A stretch of 43,195 bases of DNA from a virus. Its lineage: Duplodnaviria > Caudoviricetes. Of the stretch, positions 24,885-35,325 are shown piece by piece. The stretch's first letter is position 1. Each line of letters begins with the position of its first letter. Position numbers and translations under genes: made by a program. The notes beneath the pieces are model-generated. The model was given only the letters and a program-made list of their open reading frames with translations, had not been told where the DNA came from and made no database searches. Location of the stretch: positions 1 to 43,195 of IMG/VR virus record IMGVR_UViG_3300023053_000005, one strand, 5' to 3'.

Positions 24885-26977
24885 TGGCTCGGGTACCGAC
24901 ATTCGACACCGCCCAGGTTCAGCAGCAGCCAACCCGGGCGACAGAGCTTCGCGCCGTTGCACCTGACAACTCGGCAATTGAGGCCGGACTGCGCAGCTTT
25001 CAGCGCGGTGCTGAAATCCTCGTCGCCAAAGAGCGCGAGAAAGCCGACACCGCCATGCTGATGGAAGCCGACAACCAGCTCACGCAGTGGCAACAAAAGG
25101 CGATGTATGACGAAAACGGGGGCGTATTCACCCGCAAGGGTAAGAACGCTCTCGACGTCACCAACCAGACGCTGGACCAGTTCGATCAGACTCAGGCTGA
25201 AATAGCCAAGAACCTGACCAGCGATGCGCAGCGTGCCAGATACGCCGAAATTGTCAGCCGGCGCCGCAACTCATTGTCCAACGACCTGAACCGTTATGAG
25301 TACGGCGAGCGACAGAACTACTACGGCGAGGTCGAGAAGGGTCAGCTTGAAACGTCCATGCAGGGCGCTGCCCTTGAATACCAGGACCCTGCGAAGGTCG
25401 ACGCTTACCGGCAGAAGATCGACGCGGTGCTGGCCAGTCGCGCCGAACGCCTTGGTCTGTCGCCAGAAGCCGCACAGGCTGAACGCCTCAGCACCGTCAG
25501 CGGCATGTCGACTGCGGTGATCCAGCGCATGCTGGTGGACTCTCCACAGAAAGCGAAAAGCTATTTCGAGTCCTACAAAGGGCAGATGACCGCTGAAGAC
25601 CAGATCCGCGCCAGCAATGGTATCGATCAGGGCTTCCGCCGGCTTGAGGCGGAAGCGCGGCAACGCCAGGTAGAGGCCCGCCAGATGCAGGCAATCAACC
25701 GGATGGAGTTGAGCAGTCGCGTGCAGGATGCCAGCGCCGCCTACTCGCAGGGATTGGACTTTGAGAACCCGCCGAGCTACGCGGACTTCAAAGCCGCCTA
25801 CGGCGACAAGGCTGACGACCAGTACAAATCTTTCGTCAAGATCCAAGCCGTTGCGCCGGCCATTCGTGAATTCGCGACCGCCACCCCAGAAGAGCGTCAG
25901 GAAATACTGGGGAGGTTCCAACCAGCAAAAGATGGCACCGCCGGCGAGGGATTCAAGGAGGATTCACAGCTCTATCAGCACCTGACTTCTGTGGGCGTTG
26001 GTCTGCTGAAACAGCAACAAACCGATCCAGCCGCGTACGTCACCAAGTACAGCCCGGTCGTGCAGCGAGCATTCGCCAACGCTCAAGAAGAAGGCACGCC
26101 GGAGGCCTACCAGGTTTACGCAACCACGACCCTTGCAGAGCAGCAGCGACTCGGTGTCGCACAGCCGAAGCTATTGCCGGATGCGGCCGCCGATCAGTTC
26201 GCAGCACAGTTCAATCAACAGGTGAATGGCGGCGAAAACGCGGCAACGTTGATCGAGCAGCAGGCGCAGCTGTGGGGTCCGAACTTCTCGGCCGTTCTGC
26301 AGCAGGTCGGCAACAAGCTGCCGGCTGAGGCTCAGGTAATTGCCACCGGCCTGCCAAAGGACATCGCCGAGCGTATGGCCTCCGTGGCCCCGCTGAAGGA
26401 CAAAGAACTGAGCGCTGGCCTGCAGAAAGGCCAGCAGGACGAAATCGGCCAGAGCGTTCAACAGGCCATGCTTCCTTTTGCCGAATCCCTCCAGGGCCAG
26501 GCCGGCGGGATCAGCACCTTCAGCACCATGTACAAGGCGGCGGTGCGTACCGCGACCTCCTATGTGTTGCAGGGTGAAAGCCCGAAGGATGCGGCGCAGA
26601 AGGTCGTCGACGGGATGGTCAACGAGAAGTACGACTTCTTCGGCACCTACCGCGTCCCGAAAACGCTGGACACCACCGCCGTGAGCCGGGGCGCAGAGAA
26701 GGCATTGAGCAGCATCAAGGCCGATGACCTGATGCCGCTGCCTGGATTCAAGGGTGTCACCCCTGAAGAGAACGCCAGCCAGTTGCACGACGCGCTGCTG
26801 GCCGGCGGCCAATGGGTTCCGACCAACGACGAGAGCGGTCTTTCGCTAACCCTCAACGGCTACCGCGTCCGGGGGAAGGACGGCAAGCCCATCGTTCGTA
26901 CCTGGTCTGAACTCCAGCAGCAAGGTTTGCAGGAGGCCGGCCAGTATCGTGTCGCGCCGTCGGTGATGATGCCATGA
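24884..26977 (+). CDS. Internal virion/ejection protein
   Basis: 697-aa helical Ala/Gln-rich protein in the ejection-gene position. Confidence 0.72.
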   Translation: MARVPTFDTAQVQQQPTRATELRAVAPDNSAIEAGLRSFQRGAEILVAKEREKADTAMLMEADNQLTQWQQKAMYDENGGVFTRKGKNALDVTNQTLDQFDQTQAEIAKNLTSDAQRARYAEIVSRRRNSLSNDLNRYEYGERQNYYGEVEKGQLETSMQGAALEYQDPAKVDAYRQKIDAVLASRAERLGLSPEAAQAERLSTVSGMSTAVIQRMLVDSPQKAKSYFESYKGQMTAEDQIRASNGIDQGFRRLEAEARQRQVEARQMQAINRMELSSRVQDASAAYSQGLDFENPPSYADFKAAYGDKADDQYKSFVKIQAVAPAIREFATATPEERQEILGRFQPAKDGTAGEGFKEDSQLYQHLTSVGVGLLKQQQTDPAAYVTKYSPVVQRAFANAQEEGTPEAYQVYATTTLAEQQRLGVAQPKLLPDAAADQFAAQFNQQVNGGENAATLIEQQAQLWGPNFSAVLQQVGNKLPAEAQVIATGLPKDIAERMASVAPLKDKELSAGLQKGQQDEIGQSVQQAMLPFAESLQGQAGGISTFSTMYKAAVRTATSYVLQGESPKDAAQKVVDGMVNEKYDFFGTYRVPKTLDTTAVSRGAEKALSSIKADDLMPLPGFKGVTPEENASQLHDALLAGGQWVPTNDESGLSLTLNGYRVRGKDGKPIVRTWSELQQQGLQEAGQYRVAPSVMMP

Positions 26978-28746
26978 CGATTTTTGCAGGTGACGCGCCA
27001 GTACTTGATCGTCGCACGATGCTGGATATTCCCGCCGAAGCTGGCGAGGTGTTCGACGCTTCCTTCGGTTCAGCACTGACAACCAACCCTTCGAACTCGA
27101 TCATGCGCAGCGAAGAGCTGACGCAGGCCCAGGAAGGTTTGCGCCTGACAGGCGACACCGAATCGATTCTGGTACCGCCGCGCAACGAGCCAGATACCCC
27201 AATGCTTGATGCGCAGGCCGCGCGCGATCGTGTGGCCGGCATGGGATTGGAGATCAAGATTCCCGATCAGGGTATTCGGCAGGGCGCTCTCGACATTCTG
27301 ATTGATCGACACCGCGAACAGGCGGCGCGGCAGCAGGTTCTGGCGCGTGCCAATGGCGGATCATTTGGGACGCAAATTGCGGCCGGTCTTGCCGCTTCGC
27401 TGCTGGACCCGCTCAACATTGCATCGGCCTTTGTTCCTGTCGTTGGCGAAGCGCGGTATGCCGCAATGCTTGGACGCGCCGCAACTCCGCTTGGGCGAGC
27501 TGGCGTGCGTGCCGGCGTCGGCGCCGTTGAGGGGGCTGTCGGTGCTGCGCTGATTGAGCCGTTGCCACTGCTCGCCGCTGGCCTGGACCAGACCGAATAC
27601 GGCCTATCCGATTCGCTGGCCAACATCGCGCTGGGCGGCGTTCTCGGTGGCGGGCTGCACACGGTCGGCGGTGCTGCTTCTGACGCGCTTCGCCGGCGGC
27701 TCGCAACCGAAACCACTGGGAGCGAGGTCGCTCCGAAAATCGCTGAAAGCCAAGCGCCGCAAAGCCTTTCCTTGCGGGAGCGGGGCCTGTCAGCCGACTT
27801 TGCCAAGGTGTTTGACCAAGATCCGGAAGCGGCCTTACGCGCCTCGCTTAGCCGGCACCTGGAAGAGGACAGCGCCACGCTCTACCGAAATGCCCAGGCG
27901 CAGGCGATCGACGAAATCCGTCCGACATTGACTGGCGAGCGCGTGAGCAATGTGGCCGACCTCCACGCCGAAAGGCTATCGCTGACGCAGCAGGCGATGA
28001 ATCTGGATGGAACGTTCAAGGACCTCGCCAAGCAGTTCCAGGGCGAGCGCATGACCCGCAAGCAGGCGGAGCGCGCAGCACGCGACACTATTGACGCCCA
28101 GCGCGAGCAGATCGGCGCACGCCAGGCTGAAATCAATACCCAGCTCGAGCGCAACCGTGCCGGTGAGTTTGATCGGCGCGACCTCGGCCTGATTGAGCGT
28201 GGCGAAATCCCGGAACGCTTGCGCCCTCAGATCGAGGCTCGTGCAAAACAAATCATGAAGGGGTATGCCCTTCGTCCATTGGGCACCGCTGTACGCACCG
28301 CGCGGGAGACGGCCGCTGCCGCTGATTGGACCGTGCGAGACAGCGCACTGCGCAGCGCCGTGTCACAGGCCGTGACAGGTCGAGATATCGACGTTAACGC
28401 TCTGTTCGACCTTGAATCATCGGCCAAGTCCGCCGAAGCGATGGAGCATTTCAAACGTCCCGTTGCACGCCGGGTAGACCCGGAAGGCCAGGCCGAAAGC
28501 CTGCGTGTCGACGCTGGTGCCAAGGCTGCGGACATCGATGAGCTGGACGCGGCGCAGAAGGCTTTCGACGAGGACGAAGCGCTGGTCAATGAAATGCTTG
28601 AGCAAATGCCGGAGGCGGATCGCGCCGCCGTTCTGGCCGCCAGCCGTGATGAAGCCGAAGCCGTGGCTGCACAGGCGCAGCGAGCTGAAAGCTATTCGAA
28701 GGCGTACCGCGCCGCCGCCGTGTGCGACATAAGGAACGGACAATAA
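26974..28746 (+). CDS. Internal virion/ejection protein
   Basis: LLDPLNIASAFVP and Gly/Ala-rich membrane-like segments; translationally coupled. Confidence 0.72.
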   Translation: MTIFAGDAPVLDRRTMLDIPAEAGEVFDASFGSALTTNPSNSIMRSEELTQAQEGLRLTGDTESILVPPRNEPDTPMLDAQAARDRVAGMGLEIKIPDQGIRQGALDILIDRHREQAARQQVLARANGGSFGTQIAAGLAASLLDPLNIASAFVPVVGEARYAAMLGRAATPLGRAGVRAGVGAVEGAVGAALIEPLPLLAAGLDQTEYGLSDSLANIALGGVLGGGLHTVGGAASDALRRRLATETTGSEVAPKIAESQAPQSLSLRERGLSADFAKVFDQDPEAALRASLSRHLEEDSATLYRNAQAQAIDEIRPTLTGERVSNVADLHAERLSLTQQAMNLDGTFKDLAKQFQGERMTRKQAERAARDTIDAQREQIGARQAEINTQLERNRAGEFDRRDLGLIERGEIPERLRPQIEARAKQIMKGYALRPLGTAVRTARETAAAADWTVRDSALRSAVSQAVTGRDIDVNALFDLESSAKSAEAMEHFKRPVARRVDPEGQAESLRVDAGAKAADIDELDAAQKAFDEDEALVNEMLEQMPEADRAAVLAASRDEAEAVAAQAQRAESYSKAYRAAAVCDIRNGQ

Positions 28747-31295
28747 TGAATCCCTGCATTGATGCTGTACGCGCCGCCGCCGGCGACCTCGAAGACCTGG
28801 AACTCGCGGAGATCTTTGAACTGCTCCGCAATCGCACCAAGGAAATCATGGCCAGGGAAGGCGCCTTGGGCATGGAACAGGCGACGTTGAAAGCTGCTGA
28901 CGAGTTGGGCAAGCAGGCGCGACATGCCGCGCTGATCGAGCGGCGCAACGCGCTGATCAACCTGCGTCGTCGCGGTGAAATCGTCGCGTTCATTCGCGGC
29001 AACTTCGCCGACCGCCCTGACCTCGGCATTGAATCGCTGCTGGTCGGTACCAACCTTGCGCGTCAGGGTTCGCGTCTGTCCGTGGCGGCCGAACAGAAGT
29101 CGCTCGGTGACGCCTACATCGGCGGTCTGATTCATGACCTCGAAGCCAAAGACCTGACCGCCCTACTGGCAAAGGGCAGCTCTGACGTTGATATCGCGGA
29201 TGCCTTGTGGAAGATCGGCAACGGCCTTGACACCTCAAAGCTGAATGACCAGGTTGTCGATATCGCCCGCATCATTGAGAAATATCAGGAAGCGTCCCGT
29301 CTTGATGCGAACCAAGCGGGCGCCAGCATCGGCAAGCTTCCGGGCTACATCGCACGCCAGAGCCACGACAGCGAGAAAATCGGTTCGGCTGGTTTCGATA
29401 AGTGGGCGGCCGACATTCTGCCAAGGCTCGATCCGAAGACGTTCGACGGCATCACCAACGAAAAAAGCTTTCTGCATGGCGTGTACGACGGACTGGTCAC
29501 CGGCGACCACCTCAAATCCCCGAGCGAAGCCAAGCCCAATGGCTTCCGTGGGCCGGCAAACATCGCCAAAAAGATGAGCCAGGAGCGGGTGCTGCACTTC
29601 AAGGACGGCGTGGCCTGGCATGAATACAACCAGCTCTACGGTACCGGCAACCTGCGCGAAGCCGTGCTGCGCGGGCTCGACCTGTCCGGACAGAACACCG
29701 CACTGATGCGCAAGCTGGGTACCAACCCGGAAGCAAACCTGAACATGGCGATGGACATCATCGCCGAGGACGTGCGCAAGTCTGGCGATCCGGCCGCGCT
29801 GGCCAACTTCAATACCGCCCGTGAAACGATGATCAAGAACCGGTTCGCTGAGGTGAGCGGGCAGACCAGGATCCCCGGCAACGCCACGCAGGCGCGGATC
29901 GCTGCGAACGTTCGGGCTTGGCAGTCACTGTCAAAGCTCGGCGGCGCGCTGCTCTCCAGCTTCACCGACCTGCCGGTTGCCGCCAGCGAAATGCGTTACC
30001 AGGGGAAGAACTTCCTCGGCTCGCTGGGGGAAATGACCGCCGGCCTGGTGAAGGGCAAAGGCAACCTTGAACAGCGTGAAATCCTGTCGAGCTTTGGCGT
30101 CTACGCCGACTCGATGCGAGGCGAGATCATGCGCCGCTTCTCCGCCGATGACTCGGTGGGCGGCAAGATGTCGCGCGGGATGTCGCTGTTTTTCAAGCTG
30201 AACGGGCTGTCATGGTGGACTGATGCCAACAAGGCCAGCGCGGGCCTGATGATGTCTCACAACCTGGCCCAGAACAAAGGTCGATCCATGGCCAGCATGG
30301 ACGCCGGCCTGCGCCGCACCCTGTCCCTCTACGATATCGACGCCGGCAAGTGGGATCTGTTGCGCAGCATGGATACCAAGATGGCTGACGGGCGCGATTA
30401 CCTCACCACTGACGGCATCGCTGATATTCCTGCCGAGAAGATCAGTGCCTATCTGACCGAGCAGGGACGAAAGGTTTCCGACTCGGCCATCCGCGAAACC
30501 CGCGCTGGCCTTGAGCGCAGCCTTCGCAGCTACGTCAATGACCGGGTGAGTTACGCGGTGCTTGAACCTGACGCGCGCACTCGATCGATCATGAACCAGG
30601 GCACACGCCCGGGCACGATGATGGGTGACCTCAATCGGTTCCTGACCCAGTTCAAGAGCTTCCCGGCCGCGTACATGCAGAAGACGCTCGGCCGAGAGCT
30701 GTACGGCCGTGGCTACGCGCCGACGCCACTGGGCGAGGGGTATCGCGGCAGCAAGGATCTGATCTCGGCGCTGCGCAACGGCAACGGGGAAAAGCTCGGC
30801 ATTGCCCAGTTGCTGCTGTGGACAACCGCGTTCGGTTACCTGTCGATGGCATCGAAGGATATTGCGAAGGGCCGGGAGCCTCGCCCGGTTGACGATCCGA
30901 AAACGTGGGTCGCCGCAATGGTTCAGGGCGGTGGTTTCGGGATCTTCGGCGACTTCATGTTTGGAGAGGTCAGCCGCTTCGGTAACAAGCCGCTGGAAAC
31001 GCTGGCTGGCCCCACGCTGGGCACCGCCGCCAGCGCCGTCGACCTGTGGAGCAAGGTTCGCTCAGGGGATGACGCCGGGTCGTCAGCTTTCCGGCTGGCG
31101 CTGGGCAACACACCATTCCTGAACCTTTTCTACACACGCATCGTCATGGACCACCTGTTCCTTTATTCGGTGCAGGAGGCCATGAACCCCGGATCCCTCC
31201 GCCGGACCGAGCAGCGCATTCAGAAAGAGAACGGCCAGCAATTCTTGGTCAGGCCTTCACAAAGCTATTCCGACCCGCTGGGCATTGCCCGATAG
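28746..31295 (+). CDS. Large internal virion/ejection protein (gp16-like)
   Basis: ATG overlaps upstream TAA; RVLHFKD, QFKSFP, GGFGIFGD motifs; 849 aa. Confidence 0.75.
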   Translation: MNPCIDAVRAAAGDLEDLELAEIFELLRNRTKEIMAREGALGMEQATLKAADELGKQARHAALIERRNALINLRRRGEIVAFIRGNFADRPDLGIESLLVGTNLARQGSRLSVAAEQKSLGDAYIGGLIHDLEAKDLTALLAKGSSDVDIADALWKIGNGLDTSKLNDQVVDIARIIEKYQEASRLDANQAGASIGKLPGYIARQSHDSEKIGSAGFDKWAADILPRLDPKTFDGITNEKSFLHGVYDGLVTGDHLKSPSEAKPNGFRGPANIAKKMSQERVLHFKDGVAWHEYNQLYGTGNLREAVLRGLDLSGQNTALMRKLGTNPEANLNMAMDIIAEDVRKSGDPAALANFNTARETMIKNRFAEVSGQTRIPGNATQARIAANVRAWQSLSKLGGALLSSFTDLPVAASEMRYQGKNFLGSLGEMTAGLVKGKGNLEQREILSSFGVYADSMRGEIMRRFSADDSVGGKMSRGMSLFFKLNGLSWWTDANKASAGLMMSHNLAQNKGRSMASMDAGLRRTLSLYDIDAGKWDLLRSMDTKMADGRDYLTTDGIADIPAEKISAYLTEQGRKVSDSAIRETRAGLERSLRSYVNDRVSYAVLEPDARTRSIMNQGTRPGTMMGDLNRFLTQFKSFPAAYMQKTLGRELYGRGYAPTPLGEGYRGSKDLISALRNGNGEKLGIAQLLLWTTAFGYLSMASKDIAKGREPRPVDDPKTWVAAMVQGGGFGIFGDFMFGEVSRFGNKPLETLAGPTLGTAASAVDLWSKVRSGDDAGSSAFRLALGNTPFLNLFYTRIVMDHLFLYSVQEAMNPGSLRRTEQRIQKENGQQFLVRPSQSYSDPLGIAR

Positions 31296-31310
31296 ATGAA
31301 TCTCCCATTG

Positions 31311-31336
31311 AGCCCGCCTAGCGCGGGCTTTTTTTT
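31311..31336 (+). terminator. Intrinsic terminator
   Basis: AGCCCGC-ctagc-GCGGGCT followed by T-run. Confidence 0.8.
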
Positions 31337-31359
31337 GCCCTTAAAAAGGAGTCACGACA

Positions 31360-33456
31360 GTGACAGTATCAACGCTTAGCAGCATTGCGGAGTTTTCAAC
31401 GAATGGGGTCACGACCAACTTCCCGTTCTTCTTCAAGTTCCTGTCGAACGAAGACTTGGTGGTCACTTACATTGACCCCTTGGGAGGCCGCACGATTTTG
31501 GTGCTCGGCTCGCAGTACACCGTCAACGGTGCGGGAGAAGAGGGCGGTAGTATTGTTACATCGGTGGCGCTTGCTGGGCCTGGGCAGCTCATTGTTTCTA
31601 GGGAAATGGATGCCTATCAGCAAACCAGTCTGCGCAATCAGGGTAAGTTTCTGGCAGAAACCCACGAAGATGTATTCGACAGACTGACCATGCTGGTTCA
31701 GCAGGGGTTTTCAATCTTCAGTCGCGCGCTGATGCGCCCCTTCGGGCGGGACTATTTCAACGCCGAGAACCGCAATATCTCGAACCTGAAGGATCCGGTT
31801 GCTGATCAGGACGCCGCGACTAAACACTGGTCCAGCGTGTTCTTCGCTGGCCTTATCGGAGCCATTCAAGGCCCGATCAATAACGCGCTGAATATCTTGT
31901 TTGTACAGCGCGGGACTGGTTCAGTTGCTCGAGTGGTAAGCGACAAACTGAAAGAGGAGTTATCTCTAGGTGACTTTGGTGGCGGACCGGCCGCGACCAA
32001 TACAACTGCCCTCAATTCAGCACTTACTGCTGCACGTTCCAGCAAAGACAAACAGATCAGAATTTCCCCCGGCCAAAACGACACCGGTATCGTTTCCAAC
32101 CCGACAGGCATTCGCCTCTTTGGTGGAGATCTGGTGGAAAAACCAGACGCATCTAACTCATCGACCTGGGACATGCTTAGCAGTAATGCTGATTTCCTGT
32201 CCTATCAGCTGGGCAATGAATATCTCTACGCGTTACACAACGAGATCTCAATCCGCGCCACTGTGAAAATCATGATGGTTGGCGATAGCACCGTTGTCGG
32301 CGTAGGCAGTACCGCACCATTTACACCGGCCGGAGTCATAAGTGATCGCGGCCTTGACCTTGGACTGGTCGGTGTGGTCGTCAACAACCTGGCTGTCAGC
32401 GGAACCGCCTCCCCGCAATGGGATACGGCTCCTATCATTGCCGACACCAGCACTCATTGCCTTATTGTCGGATACGGCACAAATGATCCGGCCGCCGGTG
32501 ACGAGGTTGCTTTCTTCAACAACATGTCCGCCAAGCTCGCGGCAGTTAGGGCCGCGCGCAATGTCCAGAGCCTGACCATCATCCTGAAGGGCGCCAACAG
32601 CACAAACGACTGGGTGAATGGGCGTTCACAGCTTTGGTGTGAACGCATTGCTCCGGTGTATCGCAAGCTGGCACGTCTGTATCAGTGCTATTTCTTCGAC
32701 ACTTACAACTTCCTGCGCGACTCCAAGAACTCTGCCCATCTTTGGATGGATACCCTTCAGTATTCAGGCATTGACACACATATCCACCCAAATAACTTCG
32801 GGAACATGTGGATCTGGGGCGAGCTTGCACGAAACATTTTCACCAACGCTATCGGCCAACGAAAGGTTAACAATTATCGGAACGTCGGCGCCGGACATAC
32901 GCTTCTGTCCGCCGCCGCGACGCCTGCGGATATGCAAATGGGCCGCGCGATTTATCGCACTGAGGCCACTGGCTGGCCTTCGGTCGGCGCTGTGTTCACT
33001 GAGCAGCAGGCCGACGGCGTTGTGGTCGTTCAGGAGTGTGTGGCGCAGAACCGCAGCATCACCAAAGTTCACCGCCGCAACAGCATCAGCAGTGCACCTG
33101 GTTTGTGGACTGACTGGACTGGCATAGGCCGCAACATCACGCTGCAAAACGGCTGGACGAACCACGACCTTACAGGGACTGTCTCCATGCCCGCCCAGTG
33201 CATCGTGGAGGAATCAGGGCACATCTCAGCGCGTGGCCGCATTAAGCCGGGCACGCTGACGGTTGGCACGATTATCTTGAACGTCACTACCGCGATACCC
33301 AATAGCAACCCGCTACTGGGTGAGTACTTCGAGCTGTCTTGCGACACCGGGCGTATCCGTGCTGGGCTGGGCACGGCCGGCAATCTGACTATTGTTCAGG
33401 TCAGCGGCACCCCTACCGATGTGTCTCTTTCTGGCGTACGCTGGATGCCCTCTTAA
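31360..33456 (+). CDS. Tail spike/fibre: T7-type N-terminal anchor, SGNH/GDSL esterase domain, C-terminal beta domain
   Basis: NGVTTNFPFFF...ETHEDVFDRLTMLVQQ anchor; GDST, NLAVSG, GYGTND, DTHIHPN blocks. Confidence 0.85.
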   Translation: MTVSTLSSIAEFSTNGVTTNFPFFFKFLSNEDLVVTYIDPLGGRTILVLGSQYTVNGAGEEGGSIVTSVALAGPGQLIVSREMDAYQQTSLRNQGKFLAETHEDVFDRLTMLVQQGFSIFSRALMRPFGRDYFNAENRNISNLKDPVADQDAATKHWSSVFFAGLIGAIQGPINNALNILFVQRGTGSVARVVSDKLKEELSLGDFGGGPAATNTTALNSALTAARSSKDKQIRISPGQNDTGIVSNPTGIRLFGGDLVEKPDASNSSTWDMLSSNADFLSYQLGNEYLYALHNEISIRATVKIMMVGDSTVVGVGSTAPFTPAGVISDRGLDLGLVGVVVNNLAVSGTASPQWDTAPIIADTSTHCLIVGYGTNDPAAGDEVAFFNNMSAKLAAVRAARNVQSLTIILKGANSTNDWVNGRSQLWCERIAPVYRKLARLYQCYFFDTYNFLRDSKNSAHLWMDTLQYSGIDTHIHPNNFGNMWIWGELARNIFTNAIGQRKVNNYRNVGAGHTLLSAAATPADMQMGRAIYRTEATGWPSVGAVFTEQQADGVVVVQECVAQNRSITKVHRRNSISSAPGLWTDWTGIGRNITLQNGWTNHDLTGTVSMPAQCIVEESGHISARGRIKPGTLTVGTIILNVTTAIPNSNPLLGEYFELSCDTGRIRAGLGTAGNLTIVQVSGTPTDVSLSGVRWMPS

Positions 33457-33498
33457 TCTCTAGCCGACCCAGGGATTGTGGGCCCAGCCAACGCCAAA

Positions 33499-33757
33499 AA
33501 GTACATCTGGCAGTACATTAGTAATTGGATCTTCTGAAACTACCCAATGAATGCTAGGGGTTAATGGGTAAATTGGATTCCTGTCTCGGGCACCAAATCT
33601 AATTTCGCCGATCTTCGGCGGCTTTCACACCTTCCAAAAACAGGCCGCATCCAGCGGCCTTTTTCTTTCGCGGTCTTTCGCATTCTTTCGCTGCGTGCCG
33701 CGCATTTTTAGTACATCATTCAGCACTTCCTCATTCGAGTGACTTGGTGATGTACTA
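33499..33757 (+). other. attP: core GATTCCTGTCTCGGGCACCA (33576-33595, tRNA 3' end) with arm-type repeats
   Basis: Core has T-loop/acceptor/ACCA form; AGTACAT repeats near 33500, 33512, 33710 and inverted near 33750; adjacent to int. Confidence 0.8.
33636..33668 (+). terminator. Hairpin terminator downstream of the att core
   Basis: AGGCCGC-atcca-GCGGCCT followed by T-run. Confidence 0.6.
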
Positions 33758-34990
33758 ATGCCCCTCACTGATACCGCTGTTCGACAGGCCAAGCCGGCCG
33801 AAAAAGACTTCACCCTCACGGATGGCAGCGGCCTTTCCCTCTTCATCGCCACCAATGGCACCAAGTCCTGGCACTTCAGGTTTTCCTGGCACGGCAAGCA
33901 GCCGCGCATGTCGCTGGGCACCTATCCCGAAATCACGCTGAAGGAAGCCCGCGAGCTGCGGGATCAGCACCGGGCGCTTGTCGCCAAGGGTATTGACCCC
34001 CGTTCGCAACGCCGCGAGGAAAAGCGCGCGGCCGCCGGCAACGCCATCAAAACGTTCGAGGTGGTCGCCAACGAGTGGCACAAATTCAAATCGCCGCGTG
34101 TTGCCGAGTCGAAGAAGGGCGCGGCGTATCAGTCGCGCTTCTACCTGGACAAGGACCTGATCCCAGTGCTGGGCAAGATCCCGATCGCGGATGTCCGCCG
34201 TGGTGACGTGCTGGGCGCGCTGCGCCGGATCGAGGATCGCGGCTCATTGAATTCTGCGCGCAAGTGCCGGGCCTGGCTGAACGAGATATTTCGGTTTGGC
34301 ATTGCGTCGGGCTATCTGGAAATGAACCCGGCGTCAGACCTCGACATCGTGGCTGCCAAAGAGCCACCGGTGAAGCACAACCCGATGCTGCGCCAGCACC
34401 AGCTAAAGAAGTTCCTGCACGACCTGCGGGCTTTCGATGGCACGGCCGGGTACGTGAAGAGCGCGATCAGGATCCTGCTGCTGACCGGTGTGCGTACCGG
34501 CGAGGTGCGCCAAGCGACCATCAGCCAGTTCGACCTGGATAACGCGCTGTGGACGATCCCGCCGGACACAGTGAAGCAATTGCGAAAGGTGATTCGTAGC
34601 AAGGGAGGGGATGAAGTACCGCCGTATCTGGTGCCACTGTCGCGGCAGGCGGTTGAAGAGGTGCGCAAGGTGCATAAGTTGACCGGCTGTTACAAGCTGC
34701 TGATCGCCGGCCGGAACGAGCCGACCAAGCCTATCAGCGACAACACGGTCAACAATGCATTGAAGCGCATGGGGTATGAAGACCAACTGACCGGGCACGG
34801 GATCCGCGCCACGATTTCAACGGCCTTGAACGAGATGGGTTACAACGAGGATTGGATCGAGGCGCAGCTTTCGCATGCGAGTTCAAGCAAGGTCCGGAAG
34901 ACCTACAACCACGCGGAGTACGTGGAACAGCGGCGGGGGATGATGCAGAACTGGGCTGATTACTTGGATGCGCTGGAGGCTGAGGCCTGA
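33758..34990 (+). CDS. int: P4-like tyrosine integrase
   Basis: Arm-binding N-domain (LTDGSGLSL...SLGTYPEITLKEAR); catalytic TGVRTGE, HGIR, QLSH, YNH. Confidence 0.96.
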   Translation: MPLTDTAVRQAKPAEKDFTLTDGSGLSLFIATNGTKSWHFRFSWHGKQPRMSLGTYPEITLKEARELRDQHRALVAKGIDPRSQRREEKRAAAGNAIKTFEVVANEWHKFKSPRVAESKKGAAYQSRFYLDKDLIPVLGKIPIADVRRGDVLGALRRIEDRGSLNSARKCRAWLNEIFRFGIASGYLEMNPASDLDIVAAKEPPVKHNPMLRQHQLKKFLHDLRAFDGTAGYVKSAIRILLLTGVRTGEVRQATISQFDLDNALWTIPPDTVKQLRKVIRSKGGDEVPPYLVPLSRQAVEEVRKVHKLTGCYKLLIAGRNEPTKPISDNTVNNALKRMGYEDQLTGHGIRATISTALNEMGYNEDWIEAQLSHASSSKVRKTYNHAEYVEQRRGMMQNWADYLDALEAEA

Positions 34991-35214
34991 TCCTGCGTGC
35001 CACGGGCGGCGGCGATCTGGGCGTGGTTCCATTGCAGAACCTCGGACTTGATCCAGCCCACGGAGCGGCCGCCCAGCGGAACCTGTTTCGGGAACAGGCC
35101 TTCGGCGGCCATGGTGTAGATTTTGGTGGTGCCCAGGCCAACCAGTTTTTTTACCTCTGGCAGGCGGATGAATTCGACCGGCTCTTCTGGCAGGTCTTGG
35201 CGTTCGGTATTCAT
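34960..35214 (-). CDS. alpA: AlpA-family excisionase / recombination directionality factor
   Basis: FIRLPEVKKLVGLGTTKIYTMAAEGLFPKQVPLGGRSVGWIKSEV. Confidence 0.9.
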   Translation of the reverse strand: MNTERQDLPEEPVEFIRLPEVKKLVGLGTTKIYTMAAEGLFPKQVPLGGRSVGWIKSEVLQWNHAQIAAARGTQDQASASSASK

Positions 35215-35283
35215 AAGGATGCTCCGGCCGCTCGGCGGCAAGCAGTGAGTAGTCAACTAGGGGTTTACAACTGAAGGGATGAA

Positions 35284-35325
35284 TCAGCGGACGTAGACGA
35301 GGTAGAACCAGGTGAGGGCGATCAT
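35284..35325 (-). CDS. Putative 13-aa hydrophobic micro-ORF MIALTWFYLVYVR
   Basis: ATGA overlap with the stop of 35322..36011. Confidence 0.3.
   Translation of the reverse strand: MIALTWFYLVYVR

Noticed and set aside
33560-33600. Full tRNA gene
   Set aside because: Only the last ~20 nt resemble a tRNA; no D or anticodon arm upstream
31360-33757. Diversity-generating retroelement as in BPP-1
   Set aside because: No reverse transcriptase ORF and no template/variable repeat pair seen near the tail gene
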